This document shows positions 62,936-64,000 of a DNA stretch of 64,000 nt, in pieces; the stretch's first letter is position 1; the number at the start of each line of letters is the position of its first letter. Both the position numbers and the translations under genes were made by a program. Origin of the DNA: Clostridia bacterium (GTDB lineage: Bacteria; Bacillota; Clostridia; Oscillospirales; Acutalibacteraceae); NCBI GenBank assembly GCA_017441385.1, contig JAFRXY010000098.1:3350-67349 (forward strand), written 5' to 3'. The notes below the pieces were generated by a model. It did not search any database. It worked only from the letters and a program-made list of their open reading frames with translations, and had not been told where the DNA came from.

Positions 62936-64000
62936 ATGAAAAATAAAACGCATGGAACCTGCGGGGTCAAGCTGTTTATTCTCTTTTCCGGTCTTCTGAT
63001 GTTGCTGTTGCTGAGCGGGTGTGCCAATATGGGTACAGAGATCAAGCTTGACGGAAGCAGTTTCAGCGGAAGCCGCGTGATGTCGGTCACATTTGATGTG
63101 GATGAACTCAACACCAAGCTGCCCGGCGGAGTTGACGATCTGAACGCGCTTATCAATGACGCCATTCCGATGGAGATGACATACAAATATGTCGTCAATG
63201 ACAATGAAGCGTCATATGACTTCACGCTGGAATTTGAGTCCAAACAGGATTACATTGACAAACTCAAGAATCTGCTCAGTAAAGCGCCAGAGGTAACATT
63301 TTCCTATTCCACAGGGGCGTTTACCAGAGGCGTGACCTATAAGGAAAATTTTGAGAGCCGGGAGCTTTTCGGGTGGCTTGACAGGGTTATTACCGAGAAC
63401 GGACTTACCGCTGCTTCTCAGGCGTATTCTTCGGAAAAATTCTGGACGCAGACCGGTGTAAAGGTGATACTTGACGGCGAAGAGTACAAATCGGACGGCG
63501 GCAGGGTCGATATCGAATCGGGCGGTCAGTCGGTGGTCACGGGCATCAATCTCGCCACCGTTCTCAGAAGTTCCGGCGAAATTGAGCGTGTCATGCAGGT
63601 TGCCATGCCTTCCTCGGTGGATGAAAAGCAGGTAGGCCTGATCGACAGTTTCTTCAACGATAATATTCCCGAAACCGGCCGGTGGTCCAAGAGAAAGCGC
63701 GGCGGCGTGCTGACATATACCGTTGAATTCAAGGCCTCCAATGTTTCGCAGTTGCAGGGATTTATGGCAGACCTGACCAACAGAAACTGCACGGTTACAT
63801 TCGGAAGCGTGAGTGACAGCTCACAGCCCCTTGCGCAAAGCACGGAATTTGCCGAAGAGCTTGCATTCTCCTATTTCGGCGGAGAGAGTAATGTCAACGT
63901 CACTTACTCCATGAGTTCCGAGGCTGGCGCGCCCTATCAGATCAACATCGACGACGGCGAACAGGAGAAGAATGCCGATGCCGTGGCCGACGGAGGAAAA
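62936..64000 (+). CDS. lipoprotein, 3' partial (function unknown)
   Basis: ATG 62936 follows GAGGGGAG. The signal peptide has lipobox LSGC (MKNKTHGTCGVKLFILFSGLLMLLLLSGC). The frame is open to the window end, so it is absent from the ORF track. Confidence 0.7.
   Translation, partial: MKNKTHGTCGVKLFILFSGLLMLLLLSGCANMGTEIKLDGSSFSGSRVMSVTFDVDELNTKLPGGVDDLNALINDAIPMEMTYKYVVNDNEASYDFTLEFESKQDYIDKLKNLLSKAPEVTFSYSTGAFTRGVTYKENFESRELFGWLDRVITENGLTAASQAYSSEKFWTQTGVKVILDGEEYKSDGGRVDIESGGQSVVTGINLATVLRSSGEIERVMQVAMPSSVDEKQVGLIDSFFNDNIPETGRWSKRKRGGVLTYTVEFKASNVSQLQGFMADLTNRNCTVTFGSVSDSSQPLAQSTEFAEELAFSYFGGESNVNVTYSMSSEAGAPYQINIDDGEQEKNADAVADGGK

Noticed and set aside
1-64000. Mobile elements, prophage, defence islands, rRNA/tRNA genes and CRISPR arrays.
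   Set aside because: No transposase, integrase, phage structural, restriction, Cas or abortive-infection-like ORFs were recognised. No tRNA-like T-arm (GGTTCGAATCC-type) or rRNA sequence was seen in the intergenic regions.

Overview
Mostly housekeeping chromosomal window from a Firmicute of the Clostridia type. Supporting signs are spore-associated ytfJ and a DUF2953/ytfI-like gene, whiA, scpAB, and many near-consensus TTGACA-17-TGnTATAAT promoters. Most genes are on the + strand. In order: a T-box-controlled thrS; a PucR-type regulator with a 2-hydroxyacid dehydrogenase; hprK, ROK glucokinase, murB, rapZ, whiA, dnaE, pfkA. Then a purine block purE-purF-purM-purN, [three non-purine genes], a PurO-like IMP cyclohydrolase, [SUKH gene], an AICARFT-only purH, purD, [second SUKH-like gene]. 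Next come glmS behind a glmS ribozyme; an ArsR/P1B-ATPase metal efflux pair; scpA, scpB, ytfI-like, ytfJ, a DD-carboxypeptidase and rluB; and a three-gene biotin enzyme operon that looks like a soluble transcarboxylase. After that: a compact operon of two paralogous acidic lipoprotein-like small proteins plus a radical SAM/SPASM enzyme; two tandem paralogous LtaS-type membrane proteins; a glycogen debranching enzyme; and two FAD oxidoreductases. The window ends with coaE, an SLT transglycosylase, DUF1836, DUF2185, an orphan acpP, aroE, aroK, an AEC transporter and a DUF2975/HTH module. No rRNA, tRNA, CRISPR, transposase or integrase was seen. Five things deserve a second look. (1) The twin-peptide + rSAM/SPASM operon at 41881-43567, whose peptide family I do not recognise. 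(2) A dispersed family of intergenic elements built from stop triplets phased at exactly 7 nt, starting at or just after the stop codons of purN, purH, purD, scpB and aroK. (3) Accessory and immunity-like genes embedded in the pur operon. (4) The transcarboxylase-like operon. (5) A promoter-to-terminator mini transcription unit upstream of glmS. All functional calls rest on motif recognition from the translated ORFs and from memory of protein families; no database search was run.
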